DNA from: Chlamydiota bacterium
GTDB taxonomy: Bacteria; Chlamydiota; Chlamydiia; Chlamydiales; Parachlamydiaceae
Length of the DNA: 64,000 nt
Direction of reading: 5' to 3'
Assembly (NCBI GenBank): GCA_013287815.1
Contig: JABDDC010000006.1
Location: forward strand, 959 to 64,958
The position numbers were made by a program, and so were the translations under genes. Of this stretch, positions 34,978 through 43,959 are shown in pieces (position 1 is the stretch's first letter; the number at the start of each line of letters is the position of its first letter). A model generated the notes under the pieces. It had not been told where the DNA came from and ran no database searches. It worked only from the letters and a program-made list of their open reading frames with translations.

Positions 34978-36390
34978 ATGAAAAAATATGATCTTATTGT
35001 CATCGGTTCAGGCCCCGGTGGAGAAAAGGCCGCTGTGAAAGCAGCCTATTTTCTTAAAAAGGTAGCGCTTGTAGAAAAAGGGCCCCTTTATGGCGGTGGA
35101 ACAACCCATTTTACAATCCCATCCAAGATATTGAAAGAGATGGCGAGCAATCCAGAGTACGAAAAGAAAAATGTTTTCAAAGAATTTATCGTTAAAAAAA
35201 AGGAGCTGATGAACCATCACTCCCAGATGGTTCATGACAACCTAATTAACCACAAGGTAGATATCTATCAGGGAACCGCCTCATTTGTCGATGCAAACAG
35301 AATCGAGGTCTCTCATGATTCCGAGAAAACGATTATTTCCGGAAAAAATATCATCATTGCCGGCGGATTAAAGACCTTGCCTCCAAGCGACATTCCAATA
35401 GATGGAAAGCGGGTGCATGTTGTTGAGACAATCATGAACCTTAAAGAAATTCCATCCTCCATATGTATTTATGGAGCCGGTGTTATTGGCTGTGAATATG
35501 CTACAATGTTTGCTCATTTGGGAAGCAAAGTCTTTCTAATTAATGAGCGCAAAACAACTCTTAACCGTGTCGATAGAGAAATTGTTGAAATTTTGTTGAG
35601 TTCAATGAAAAGCGATGGCATAGACCTTCACTTCGGCGCAGAACTTAAATCAATAACTCCACCTAAAAGAGAAGATGATAAAGTTAAGATTTCTTTAAGT
35701 AATGGAGAAACAGTAAAAGCCGATATGTTCCTCATGACGGCCAAAAGAAGCAGTCAATTGGCAGACCTTAATTTTGCCAATGCAGGCATTAAAACTCGTG
35801 ATGCCGGGATGATACCCATTAATAAATATTACCAAACTAGTGTGCCGAATATCTATGCCGTAGGCGATGTGATTGGCAAACCCAATTTAGTCAATATAGC
35901 AATGGATCAGGGGCGTTATGCTGTTTCCCATATTTTGAAGTTGGATGATATGAGGCACTTTTCACTTTCAAATATGCCTCAAGGCATCTATACAATCCCC
36001 GAAATTTCTACTGTGGGCCTAAGCGAAGAACTTGCGGTTAATGATGGTTATGACATTGTGATTGGAAGAGCCTATTACAGTGATATAGCCCGAGGAATCA
36101 TCATGGGGTCAAAACATGGAATGTTGAAGGCCGTCATCGACAAAAAAACGCAAGTCATTTTAGGAGTTCATATCATCGGAGAACAAGCTTCCGAACTGAT
36201 CAACTTTGGCGTTGAATTAGTTGCAAATCAAAAAACCTTGAATGAAATGATCAACGCAAACTTTAATTTTCCAAGCCTCCACGAGCTTTATAAATATGCT
36301 GCATTCGACGGACTTAGCGCTATCACCGGCAGAAGAATGAAAAAACATAGCACTCTTGAACTTGTCAGCATAAACACAACGAAAAGATGA
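34978..36390 (+). CDS. sthA: Pyridine nucleotide-disulfide oxidoreductase family flavoprotein, SthA-like (soluble transhydrogenase-like)
   Basis: KKYDLIVIGSGPGGEKAA...YGGGTTHFTIPSKILKE parallels the SthA N-terminus. It has no Cys at all in the redox-disulfide position. A second Rossmann fold reads IYGAGVIGCEYA. A C-terminal dimerisation domain is present. Confidence 0.65.
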   Translation: MKKYDLIVIGSGPGGEKAAVKAAYFLKKVALVEKGPLYGGGTTHFTIPSKILKEMASNPEYEKKNVFKEFIVKKKELMNHHSQMVHDNLINHKVDIYQGTASFVDANRIEVSHDSEKTIISGKNIIIAGGLKTLPPSDIPIDGKRVHVVETIMNLKEIPSSICIYGAGVIGCEYATMFAHLGSKVFLINERKTTLNRVDREIVEILLSSMKSDGIDLHFGAELKSITPPKREDDKVKISLSNGETVKADMFLMTAKRSSQLADLNFANAGIKTRDAGMIPINKYYQTSVPNIYAVGDVIGKPNLVNIAMDQGRYAVSHILKLDDMRHFSLSNMPQGIYTIPEISTVGLSEELAVNDGYDIVIGRAYYSDIARGIIMGSKHGMLKAVIDKKTQVILGVHIIGEQASELINFGVELVANQKTLNEMINANFNFPSLHELYKYAAFDGLSAITGRRMKKHSTLELVSINTTKR

Positions 36391-36422
36391 ATTCAGCTCT
36401 ATTGCACAAAGTTCACCATTAT
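36387..36422. repeat. 36 bp relic copy of an internal segment of the cNMP-FNR gene (22926-22961)
   Basis: The segment atgaattcagctctattgcacaaagt is identical (26 nt; 27 with the preceding g), followed by 10 more positions with 2 mismatches. It lies between the sthA stop and the mini-MITE. Confidence 0.6.
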
Positions 36423-36502
36423 CCTAGAAACGGCGATTGGAAGGGTTGGCTTGTGTTACGCACTGACACAATCCTCCCCTTTGGGGGCTTTGCCGTTTTT
36501 AG
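36423..36502. repeat. 80 bp mini-palindromic member of repeat family 1
   Basis: It starts with cctagaaacggcgattggaaggg (as at 1602 and 17292) and ends with an inverted degenerate copy, ccctttgggggctttgccgtttttagg. Confidence 0.6.
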
Positions 36503-36509
36503 GTTTGAC

Positions 36510-37295
36510 CTAAACTTTAGCTTTCTCTTTTTTTTTGATCATTTCCATCACTTCTCTCATCTGTTCAAAAGTCAACTGTTGACTAGCATCTGTTTTAGCG
36601 ACATCAATGTTATCGTGAGTTTCAATCAAATACCCATCGAAATTATAGTTCAATGATTCATCAATAATTTTCATGACTTTGTGTCTTTCCCCACCTATAT
36701 GGGACGGATCAAGGAACATCGGAATTCCCATTTTTTCTTTCATTTCCATAGCCATTTCGAATTCAGGGATGTTGCGTAATTGCTTTGGATTTTCCCCATA
36801 CCCGGGTGTAAAACCTCTATGGCATGCCCATAGACGTTCTTTTGGAAAACCGACACTCATAATATGCTCATAGATTCCAAACCAATGCCTTTTATCCAGC
36901 CATATTTGATTTTTAAACATAAAAATGAGGTTTGGCGGACCGCTAGCTAAAATAGAAGCAATTCTTTTTTGTTCAAAATGATTTTGGTTTCTTGCTCCCA
37001 ACCAAACGACAGCGCCGGCATTTTTTATTCCGCAAATTTTTAATGCATCCACCATCATCTGCGCTTGAATAGCAGATAAAATTTCCGTACAAGGAATTAA
37101 TCCTCTATTTAAGGTCTCTTCAAAAAGCATGGGTATGCCATAAAATGCAAACCCTTCCCAACCGGGTGTTGTCCGGGGTTTCCATAAAGAAGCCCTTACA
37201 TATTTCAAGCCATCTTTTTTCAATTCCTCGGCACATGTGATAAGCTGCTCCCTTGATTCAAGGGCGCAGGGTCCCGCAATAATAGTTTTAGACAT
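36510..37295 (-). CDS. aroG: 3-deoxy-D-arabino-heptulosonate-7-phosphate synthase, class I-beta-like (unfused)
   Basis: IIAGPCALESREQ, LWKPRTTPGWEGF (KPRT motif), TEILS and DPSHIGGERHKV match the short DAHPS/KDO8PS I-beta fold. The shikimate context favours DAHPS over KDO8PS. Confidence 0.7.
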   Translation of the reverse strand: MSKTIIAGPCALESREQLITCAEELKKDGLKYVRASLWKPRTTPGWEGFAFYGIPMLFEETLNRGLIPCTEILSAIQAQMMVDALKICGIKNAGAVVWLGARNQNHFEQKRIASILASGPPNLIFMFKNQIWLDKRHWFGIYEHIMSVGFPKERLWACHRGFTPGYGENPKQLRNIPEFEMAMEMKEKMGIPMFLDPSHIGGERHKVMKIIDESLNYNFDGYLIETHDNIDVAKTDASQQLTFEQMREVMEMIKKKEKAKV

Positions 37296-37463
37296 TTTAA
37301 CACTCCTTTAATACATTCCCCCATCATATAAATATAAAATTATATTTCAACCTAAAATATTTTTTATATCTATGGCTACAGTGAAATATGGTCTGAAAGA
37401 TCTGAGGGTGAACCTTGGAGTCCTCAAGAAATTTGAAAGAATTCTGCATGAAACTGGATCACG

Positions 37464-38414
37464 CTACTTTCCAAAGCCAATCCAATGGAAGTAGAAATTC
37501 AATAATACAGCGATTACAAAGAGTGTGATGCCGACTAGGAAAATATTTTTAATGATCTGTACCGATTTGTTCATTCTTCGCATCAGCCGATTGTTAAGGA
37601 AGTCAAGGATACCGTTCAAAATTTCCCTGATGGAATCAACTTCAATAATCAGCAATTGAATATGCTCTAATAAATTAGAGAGAGATTGCCTGTTTGAATC
37701 TGAGATGACACTTATTTTCCTTGTTGAAACACGAAGCAAGACATTCCTCAACGTGCTGATATTGCTTTTAATCTTTACTATCTGATTTTTAATATTGATA
37801 ACATCGCTATAAGTGCCTTTCTTCAGCTCGCGGATAGCATCATCCAGTTTTTCTGCTGCCATTTCATAATCATGTAAGATATCGGAATAGTTACTGATGA
37901 CATTGTCAATGATAAGGAAAAGGATAAATCCCGGCGTCAATGCAAACTTGATATTTTTAAGGAAATCTTCCCGGAATTTAGCTGTACAAAGTAATGGTTC
38001 ATAAGTAGCGGTAAAGCAGATCTGGTCAGTTAAATAAATAAACAATTTGCCGAATAACGATTCGCCTTTAATATATGTATCTGTCAGCGACTTGGAATTG
38101 AAATTCAAATAGGTTTTCGGCACAATACATAAAATATCCGAGATTTTGACCGTTAGCGAATTTTCCGCATCGATGAATTTTTTTGAAGAACTATCATGAA
38201 GAGATACATTAATGGCCTCTTGAGGCAGTTTTAATTTTTTTACTAATTCCAAATACTGTTCCTGGTTCCTTAAATCACCATGAATCCAATAAATTTTGCT
38301 TTTATCAGCAGGATTGACCTCTATTTTATCTATAGCTATTTCTTTCGATTGTTTAGTTGTCAAATCGAATTCAATAGCTGTTGAAATTAGTGTCAAAATT
38401 TTTTCTTCCATCAT
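37464..38414 (-). CDS. CorA-like protein, divergent (no GMN motif, single C-terminal TM)
   Basis: The N-terminal KIYWIHGDL and the overall helical cytoplasmic-domain pattern resemble CorA/ZntB. At the position of YGMNF the sequence reads VLLNFY, and the protein ends about 10 aa later, so TM2 is missing. Confidence 0.4.
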   Translation of the reverse strand: MMEEKILTLISTAIEFDLTTKQSKEIAIDKIEVNPADKSKIYWIHGDLRNQEQYLELVKKLKLPQEAINVSLHDSSSKKFIDAENSLTVKISDILCIVPKTYLNFNSKSLTDTYIKGESLFGKLFIYLTDQICFTATYEPLLCTAKFREDFLKNIKFALTPGFILFLIIDNVISNYSDILHDYEMAAEKLDDAIRELKKGTYSDVINIKNQIVKIKSNISTLRNVLLRVSTRKISVISDSNRQSLSNLLEHIQLLIIEVDSIREILNGILDFLNNRLMRRMNKSVQIIKNIFLVGITLFVIAVLLNFYFHWIGFGK

Positions 38415-38428
38415 TGCACCTTGGTTTA

Positions 38429-39727
38429 TTATAGATCCTTATGAAGAGACTCTTCGTTATCGGAAACGGGCCTTGTAATAATTCGAACGCGACGTTTATT
38501 AGTTATGAATGTGTTAAACCACTGGAGAATCACGTGCGTCCTGTTTGTAAAACTGACTATATATAAGAGGTGGATAAAACACCATGAAAGCCAAGCAACA
38601 AATCCTGAAATTTTAATGTTTTTTATAACTGCTATGGCCTTAGCTTTTCCAATAGTTGCCATCATCCCCTTATCGCGATAAACAAAAGGTTTCCGTTGGT
38701 CCGGGGAGATTTTACTTTTTATGATATTAGCGACATATTTGCCTTGTTGAATAGCTACAGGGGCTATTCCAGGCAAAGGATTGCCATTGCCAGATTGGCA
38801 GCAGGCCGCATCTCCGATGACAAAAATTTCAGGGTGGTCGGGAATGGTAAGGTCGGGATTCACGATGGCCCGCCCCATCCTATCCAAAGGGATATTCAAT
38901 GTTTTTATTAGTTTTGATGCTTCATTCCCGGCAGCCCAGAAAATATTTGGACCCTCCAGAAATTTCTCGCCAATCCAAACGCCTTCAGAGGTCACGTTGG
39001 TCACCATTGTTTTTAGTAAAACTTCAACTCCTAATTTTTCCAGGTCTTCTTGGGCCTTATCTGCCAGGACCTTTGGAAAACTAGGCAAAATTTGACCTGT
39101 CCCTTCGATCAAGTATATCCTGGAATGTTGCGATTTAAAGTGTTTGAAATCGCTAATCAGAGTTTTATGAGCGATCTCCCCGATAGCGCCTGCTAATTCT
39201 ACCCCTGTTGGTCCTCCGCCAATAATAATAAAACGCAAAAATCTCATGGCCTGAGTTAGACTATCGCTTCGTTCAGCCCTTTCATAACTGATTAAAACAC
39301 GGTCGCGAATCCTGAGGGCATCATTAATGGTTTTCAGACCGGGGGCCTTCTCTTCCCATTCCGGATGGCCAAAATAAGAGTGTCGAGCGCCTGTGGCAAT
39401 GATTAAATAATCATATTTAAAGACTTCCTCATTGCCGGCAATGACCTCTTTTCTTTCTTTATCGACTTTGGCTATGTGGGCCAATAGGATTGTCGTATTA
39501 TCTTGTTTTGCCAAAATTTCCCTTAAGGGAGCAGCAATATTGCCGGGGGATATAGTAGCTGTGGCTACTTGATAGAGCAGAGGCTGGAAAAGATGATGAT
39601 TTGTTTTGTCAAGTAAGAGAATATCTACCGGAGCCTTTGCGAGATTTTTGGCAGCATTCAGACCGCCAAAACCTCCTCCGATGATAATAACTTTAGCAAA
39701 TCCCATTTTGAAGACCTCGTTATTCAT
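38429..39727 (-). CDS. ndh: Type II NADH dehydrogenase (NDH-2)
   Basis: Two dinucleotide folds (VIIIGGGFGGLNAAKNL and FIIIGGGPTGVELAG) plus FVIGDAA, with a C-terminal membrane-anchoring helix. An alternative start lies at the internal Met (MGFAKV). Confidence 0.9.
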   Translation of the reverse strand: MNNEVFKMGFAKVIIIGGGFGGLNAAKNLAKAPVDILLLDKTNHHLFQPLLYQVATATISPGNIAAPLREILAKQDNTTILLAHIAKVDKERKEVIAGNEEVFKYDYLIIATGARHSYFGHPEWEEKAPGLKTINDALRIRDRVLISYERAERSDSLTQAMRFLRFIIIGGGPTGVELAGAIGEIAHKTLISDFKHFKSQHSRIYLIEGTGQILPSFPKVLADKAQEDLEKLGVEVLLKTMVTNVTSEGVWIGEKFLEGPNIFWAAGNEASKLIKTLNIPLDRMGRAIVNPDLTIPDHPEIFVIGDAACCQSGNGNPLPGIAPVAIQQGKYVANIIKSKISPDQRKPFVYRDKGMMATIGKAKAIAVIKNIKISGFVAWLSWCFIHLLYIVSFTNRTHVILQWFNTFITNKRRVRIITRPVSDNEESLHKDL

Positions 39728-39878
39728 GGATATATGAAATTATATTTTTTTAAAAGTTTTTTTTATTGAACCGGGATTCGGGGGTGCAATTAAAAGTATA
39801 GGTTTTGATTGCGCCCTGTATTAATGCAACATTAAAAAATTATGTTGAATTTTAATTCAAACCAATTAAGATAGGTTT

Positions 39879-40976
39879 ATGGCGACAAATTCTTTTGGCA
39901 CACTTTTTAAGATCACCACATGGGGGGAATCACATGGTAAAGCTCTCGGTGTGGTCATCGACGGCTGTCCGGCAGGGCTTGAAATCAGTGATGATGAAAT
40001 CAATCTTGAATTGGCCCTACGGGCACCAGGCAGAAATCCTTATACAACCCCCAGAAAAGAATTGGATATTGGGGAAATTTTATCCGGCGTTTTTGAAGGC
40101 AAAACTACAGGGGCTCCTATTTGCATCATGATCCGTAATAAAGACCAGGATTCAAGCAAATATACCCCGATCAAAGATTTACTTAGGCCTGGCCATGCTA
40201 ACTTCACCTACCTCGAAAAATACGGTATATTCGATTACCGTGGAGGAGGAAGATCTTCAGCCCGAGAAACTGCTGCAAGGGTAGCTGCCGGGGCCATCGC
40301 TAAGAAAATCTTGAAGCATTATCATATTTTTGTAGCAGCTTATATCAAGCAAATAGGAACGATAGTAGCAGAAATCAATTACTTGGATATACACGCATTA
40401 AGGCAAACAGCCTACAACGATCCACTATTCTGTCCCGATCCGAAGGCTTCTGCGAAAATGAGCGAGTTGATAGAGCAAGCAAAAAAAGAGGGTGATTCCC
40501 TTGGGGGTGTCATCGAATTTCTTGCGGTTTCCGTTCCTGTCGGACTTGGCGATCCTATTTACGAAAAACTGGAAGCCAAGTTGGCGAGTGCGATGATGAG
40601 CATTCCTGCTACAAAAGGATTTGAGTTTGGATCGGGTTTTCAGTCAGTCACGATGAAAGGTTCGGAACATAACGATGCCTTTATTTATGAGGATGGCAAA
40701 GTAGAAACAAAGACAAATTTTGCCGGTGGCACGCTTGGGGGTATTTCAACGGGGATGCCAATCATTGGCCGGGTCGCTTTCAAGCCCACTTCGAGCATTA
40801 AAAAACCCCAGGAAACATTGGATATTAAAGGGGAACAGAAGACATTTGAACTGCCGGAAGGATCGAGGCATGATCCATGCGTTGCGATCAGGGCTGCTCC
40901 TATTGTAGAGGCCATGACAGCATTAACGATAGTCGATTCCCTGCTCATGAACAGATGCGTAAGGTTAGATGTCTAA
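39879..40976 (+). CDS. aroC: Chorismate synthase
   Basis: FGTLFKITTWGESHGKALGVVIDGCPAGL, RPGHANFTY, GGGRSSARET and GSRHDPC signatures. Confidence 0.95.
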   Translation: MATNSFGTLFKITTWGESHGKALGVVIDGCPAGLEISDDEINLELALRAPGRNPYTTPRKELDIGEILSGVFEGKTTGAPICIMIRNKDQDSSKYTPIKDLLRPGHANFTYLEKYGIFDYRGGGRSSARETAARVAAGAIAKKILKHYHIFVAAYIKQIGTIVAEINYLDIHALRQTAYNDPLFCPDPKASAKMSELIEQAKKEGDSLGGVIEFLAVSVPVGLGDPIYEKLEAKLASAMMSIPATKGFEFGSGFQSVTMKGSEHNDAFIYEDGKVETKTNFAGGTLGGISTGMPIIGRVAFKPTSSIKKPQETLDIKGEQKTFELPEGSRHDPCVAIRAAPIVEAMTALTIVDSLLMNRCVRLDV

Positions 40977-41532
40977 TATCATAAAGAAGACCATTATTCT
41001 GTGCGGATTACCGGGCTGCGGCAAGACGACCGTAGGCAATTGCCTAGCAGAAAAAATTTCCAGCTCATTCATTGATGTGGATACCTTAATAGAAAAAGAA
41101 TATGCCGACACCATGGGTGAATTGCTGACATGCCGCCAGATCTTCGCTCATCAGGGAGTTCCATTCTTTCGAGAGTTGGAAAAAAGGGTGATTTCCTCTC
41201 TAGCACAAAAATCGCATCAAGATGCAATTATCTCAATTGGCGGTGGCGCTATGGAGAATCCCGAAAATGTAAAAGTATTAAAGTCAATTGGACTCGTTGT
41301 CTACCTTAAGGTTAATCTAAAAGAACTTTTTAAGAGAATTAACCGAAAGGGACTCCCCGCTTATCTCGATCCCGCCGATCCACTTGGTTCTTTTGAAAAG
41401 TTGGCTCAGAAACGAATCCCCATTTACAGTAATGCTGCTGACATTGAAATAGAAGCAGATTCATTGACACCGGAAGAAATAGCCACCAAAATTGTTGAAA
41501 AAATTTTGCAAATCGGGAAGTCGACTTACTAA
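40969..41532 (+). CDS. aroK: Shikimate kinase
   Basis: Walker A LCGLPGCGKTTVG, IDVD, FRELE and SIGGGA. It overlaps the aroC end by 8 nt. Confidence 0.85.
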   Translation: MSNIIKKTIILCGLPGCGKTTVGNCLAEKISSSFIDVDTLIEKEYADTMGELLTCRQIFAHQGVPFFRELEKRVISSLAQKSHQDAIISIGGGAMENPENVKVLKSIGLVVYLKVNLKELFKRINRKGLPAYLDPADPLGSFEKLAQKRIPIYSNAADIEIEADSLTPEEIATKIVEKILQIGKSTY

Positions 41533-41612
41533 TCTACATGAATTTTATGTAATTTCTTGTGTAGATTGGGTGCTTAAGGTATTATTCTAATAAAGAAGGT
41601 CAAAGGTCCACG

Positions 41613-42794
41613 ATGAATATTGCGCGGCATATAGTAAAAGAATTGCTAAAAGCGGCTAAAGAATATCCTGTTTTAGCCATTTTAGGTCCACGGCAATCCG
41701 GAAAAACAACTGTCGTAAAAACGACTTTCCCTCATCATAATTATGTTCTGCTTGAAGAGCCTGACATATTGGAATTTGCACTTTCAGACCCAAGGGCCTT
41801 TTTAAAACACTATTCCAATGAAAATGGACTCATCATTGATGAAGCTCAGCATGCACCTGACCTGTTTTCTTATATCCAGGGTGTCGTCGACGCAGAACAG
41901 ATACCGGGCAGATTTATCCTTACCGGATCGCAAAATTTCTACTTAAACGAGCAAATCTCTCAAACACTGGCAGGCCGTGTAAATATTTCCATACTCTTGC
42001 CGCTTTCTTTGGGTGAAATAAAATCAACTTTACAGCTCCCGGACAGTTATGAAAGCTTACTATTTGAAGGACAATATCCCAAAGTAATTGCACAAAACAT
42101 AGATCCCCATAAATGGTATCAGAATTATATCCATACTTATATAGAACGTGATGTCAGACAGATAAAAAACATTACGGACCTGCATCTTTTCCAAAAGTTT
42201 TTGGCTCTTTGTGCAGGAAGAATAGGGCAGGTTGTGAACTGGTCTGATTTAGGAAGAGATTGTGGAATTTCCACAAAAACAGTTACTTCATGGATCTCTC
42301 TTCTACAAGCTAGCTATCTTATATTTTTGCTTTACCCTCATCACGAAAATTTCAACAAACGTATAATAAAATCACCTAAACTTTATTTTTATGATGCTGG
42401 AGTAGCCTGTGCCCTTTTAAAAATCAGAACACAGGATCAGTTGAGTATGCATTATCTGAAAGGGCAATTATTTGAATCTTTTGTGCTCGCAGAAATCACC
42501 AAACAGTCATTTAATCAAGGTTTAAATCCGCACCTTTATTTTTGGGCAGTTCAGTCAGGCCATGAGGTCGATTGTCTTCTAGGAAAAGATAATGATTTGA
42601 TTCCAATTGAAATAAAATCCTCTGAAACGATTAACTCGAAATTCTTTGAAGGTTTGCAGTATTGGAGCAAACTAGCCTCAAAAGACCCAGCTAAAGGCTA
42701 TTTAATTTATGGTGGAAAAGAACGGCAAAAACGCAGCCTTGGTACTGTTCTCGGTTGGGATGCAATAGATAAAATAGAACAGGAGATATTATGA
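41613..42794 (+). CDS. AAA-family ATPase with a DUF4143-type C-terminal domain
   Basis: Walker A GPRQSGKTT and Walker B LIIDEAQ. The C-terminal half (PKLYFYDAGVACALL..., EVDCLL..IPIEIKSS) is typical of AAA_14+DUF4143 proteins with a restriction-endonuclease-like fold. ATGA overlap with aroB. Confidence 0.8.
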   Translation: MNIARHIVKELLKAAKEYPVLAILGPRQSGKTTVVKTTFPHHNYVLLEEPDILEFALSDPRAFLKHYSNENGLIIDEAQHAPDLFSYIQGVVDAEQIPGRFILTGSQNFYLNEQISQTLAGRVNISILLPLSLGEIKSTLQLPDSYESLLFEGQYPKVIAQNIDPHKWYQNYIHTYIERDVRQIKNITDLHLFQKFLALCAGRIGQVVNWSDLGRDCGISTKTVTSWISLLQASYLIFLLYPHHENFNKRIIKSPKLYFYDAGVACALLKIRTQDQLSMHYLKGQLFESFVLAEITKQSFNQGLNPHLYFWAVQSGHEVDCLLGKDNDLIPIEIKSSETINSKFFEGLQYWSKLASKDPAKGYLIYGGKERQKRSLGTVLGWDAIDKIEQEIL

Positions 42795-43930
42795 CAAGAC
42801 AACTATCAATTACACTACCTTCAAAATCATATACCTACCCGATAGTCATTGGTGAAGGTCTTTTGCAGACGGATCAGCTGATTAAACATCTTCTCTCCCT
42901 CAAAGTTTCACAATATGCCATTATCACAGACACTACTGTAGAGACGCTACACGCAAAAATTTTAGCAATGCATCTAAACAATCATAAACTTAAAACAATA
43001 CTCATCTCCTTTCCTCCCGGCGAAGATCACAAATCCAGGGCAACGAAAGAGTTTTGCGAGGACAAGCTTCTTGGCATAGGAGCAGGAAGGGATACGTGCA
43101 TTATTGGCATGGGAGGGGGCATCGTCACAGACCTGGCAGGTTTTGTAGCCTCCACCTATTGCCGCGGCGTTCCTTCTGTCATGATTCCAACCTCTTTGCT
43201 GGCAATGGTGGATGCAAGCATCGGAGGTAAAACAGGCCTCAATGTTCCACAAGGAAAAAACTTGATAGGTACCATCACCCAGCCTACCGCTGTTTTCATT
43301 GATACTGCCACATTAACAACACTGCCGTTAGCTGAAATCAAAAATGGAATGGCTGAGATCATAAAACACGGATTGATAGCCGATAAAACTTATCTCGATT
43401 TCCTGAAAGCTAACGCCAAAAAGCTGCTTAATCTGGATTTACAGCTTATGGAAGAGGCCATTTACGGCAGCGTTGTCATCAAAGGAAAAATTGTCGAGGA
43501 AGATGAAGCCGAAAAAGGGAAAAGGCGCCTGCTTAATTTTGGCCATACTGTCGCACATGCCGTTGAGATTGCCACGGAGCATGATATCCCCCATGGCAGG
43601 GCAGTCGCCATTGGGGTCATCACAGAGAGCTACCTGGCCATGAAAATGGGACATCTGCAATTATCTGATTTCAATGCAATTTGCGACATCATTGACCTTT
43701 ACCAAATCGACCTCACCTGGCAAGGAACGCTCAAACCCGGTCATCTCCTGGATATTATGAGGATGGATAAAAAATCATTACGTCAAACACCAAGATTTGT
43801 CATCTTGAATGAAATTGGAAAACCTCTTGAATTTGATGGGCAATACTGCACGGTTGCTGAAGAAAAATCACTTCATCAAGCAATTGAATGGATGTGTTCA
43901 CATTTGATGATCAAAAACGGTGTTTGCTAA
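42791..43930 (+). CDS. aroB: 3-dehydroquinate synthase
   Basis: [57 protein letters not shown] and HGRAVAIG metal-ligand motifs. Confidence 0.9.
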   Translation: MTRQLSITLPSKSYTYPIVIGEGLLQTDQLIKHLLSLKVSQYAIITDTTVETLHAKILAMHLNNHKLKTILISFPPGEDHKSRATKEFCEDKLLGIGAGRDTCIIGMGGGIVTDLAGFVASTYCRGVPSVMIPTSLLAMVDASIGGKTGLNVPQGKNLIGTITQPTAVFIDTATLTTLPLAEIKNGMAEIIKHGLIADKTYLDFLKANAKKLLNLDLQLMEEAIYGSVVIKGKIVEEDEAEKGKRRLLNFGHTVAHAVEIATEHDIPHGRAVAIGVITESYLAMKMGHLQLSDFNAICDIIDLYQIDLTWQGTLKPGHLLDIMRMDKKSLRQTPRFVILNEIGKPLEFDGQYCTVAEEKSLHQAIEWMCSHLMIKNGVC

Positions 43931-43959
43931 AAAAAAGTCTTTCTGTTAAAAAAAGAAAC

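Noticed and set aside
36387-36656. 89 aa plus-strand ORF after sthA
   Set aside because: It is composed of the 36 bp gene relic, the mini-MITE (giving the PRNGDWKG peptide) and the antisense of the DAHP synthase 3' end. It is not a gene.
41532-41566. Hairpin after aroK as a rho-independent terminator
   Set aside because: The stem is only 7 bp (atctaca/tgtagat), with a 21 nt loop and no downstream T-tract. It is too weak to call.
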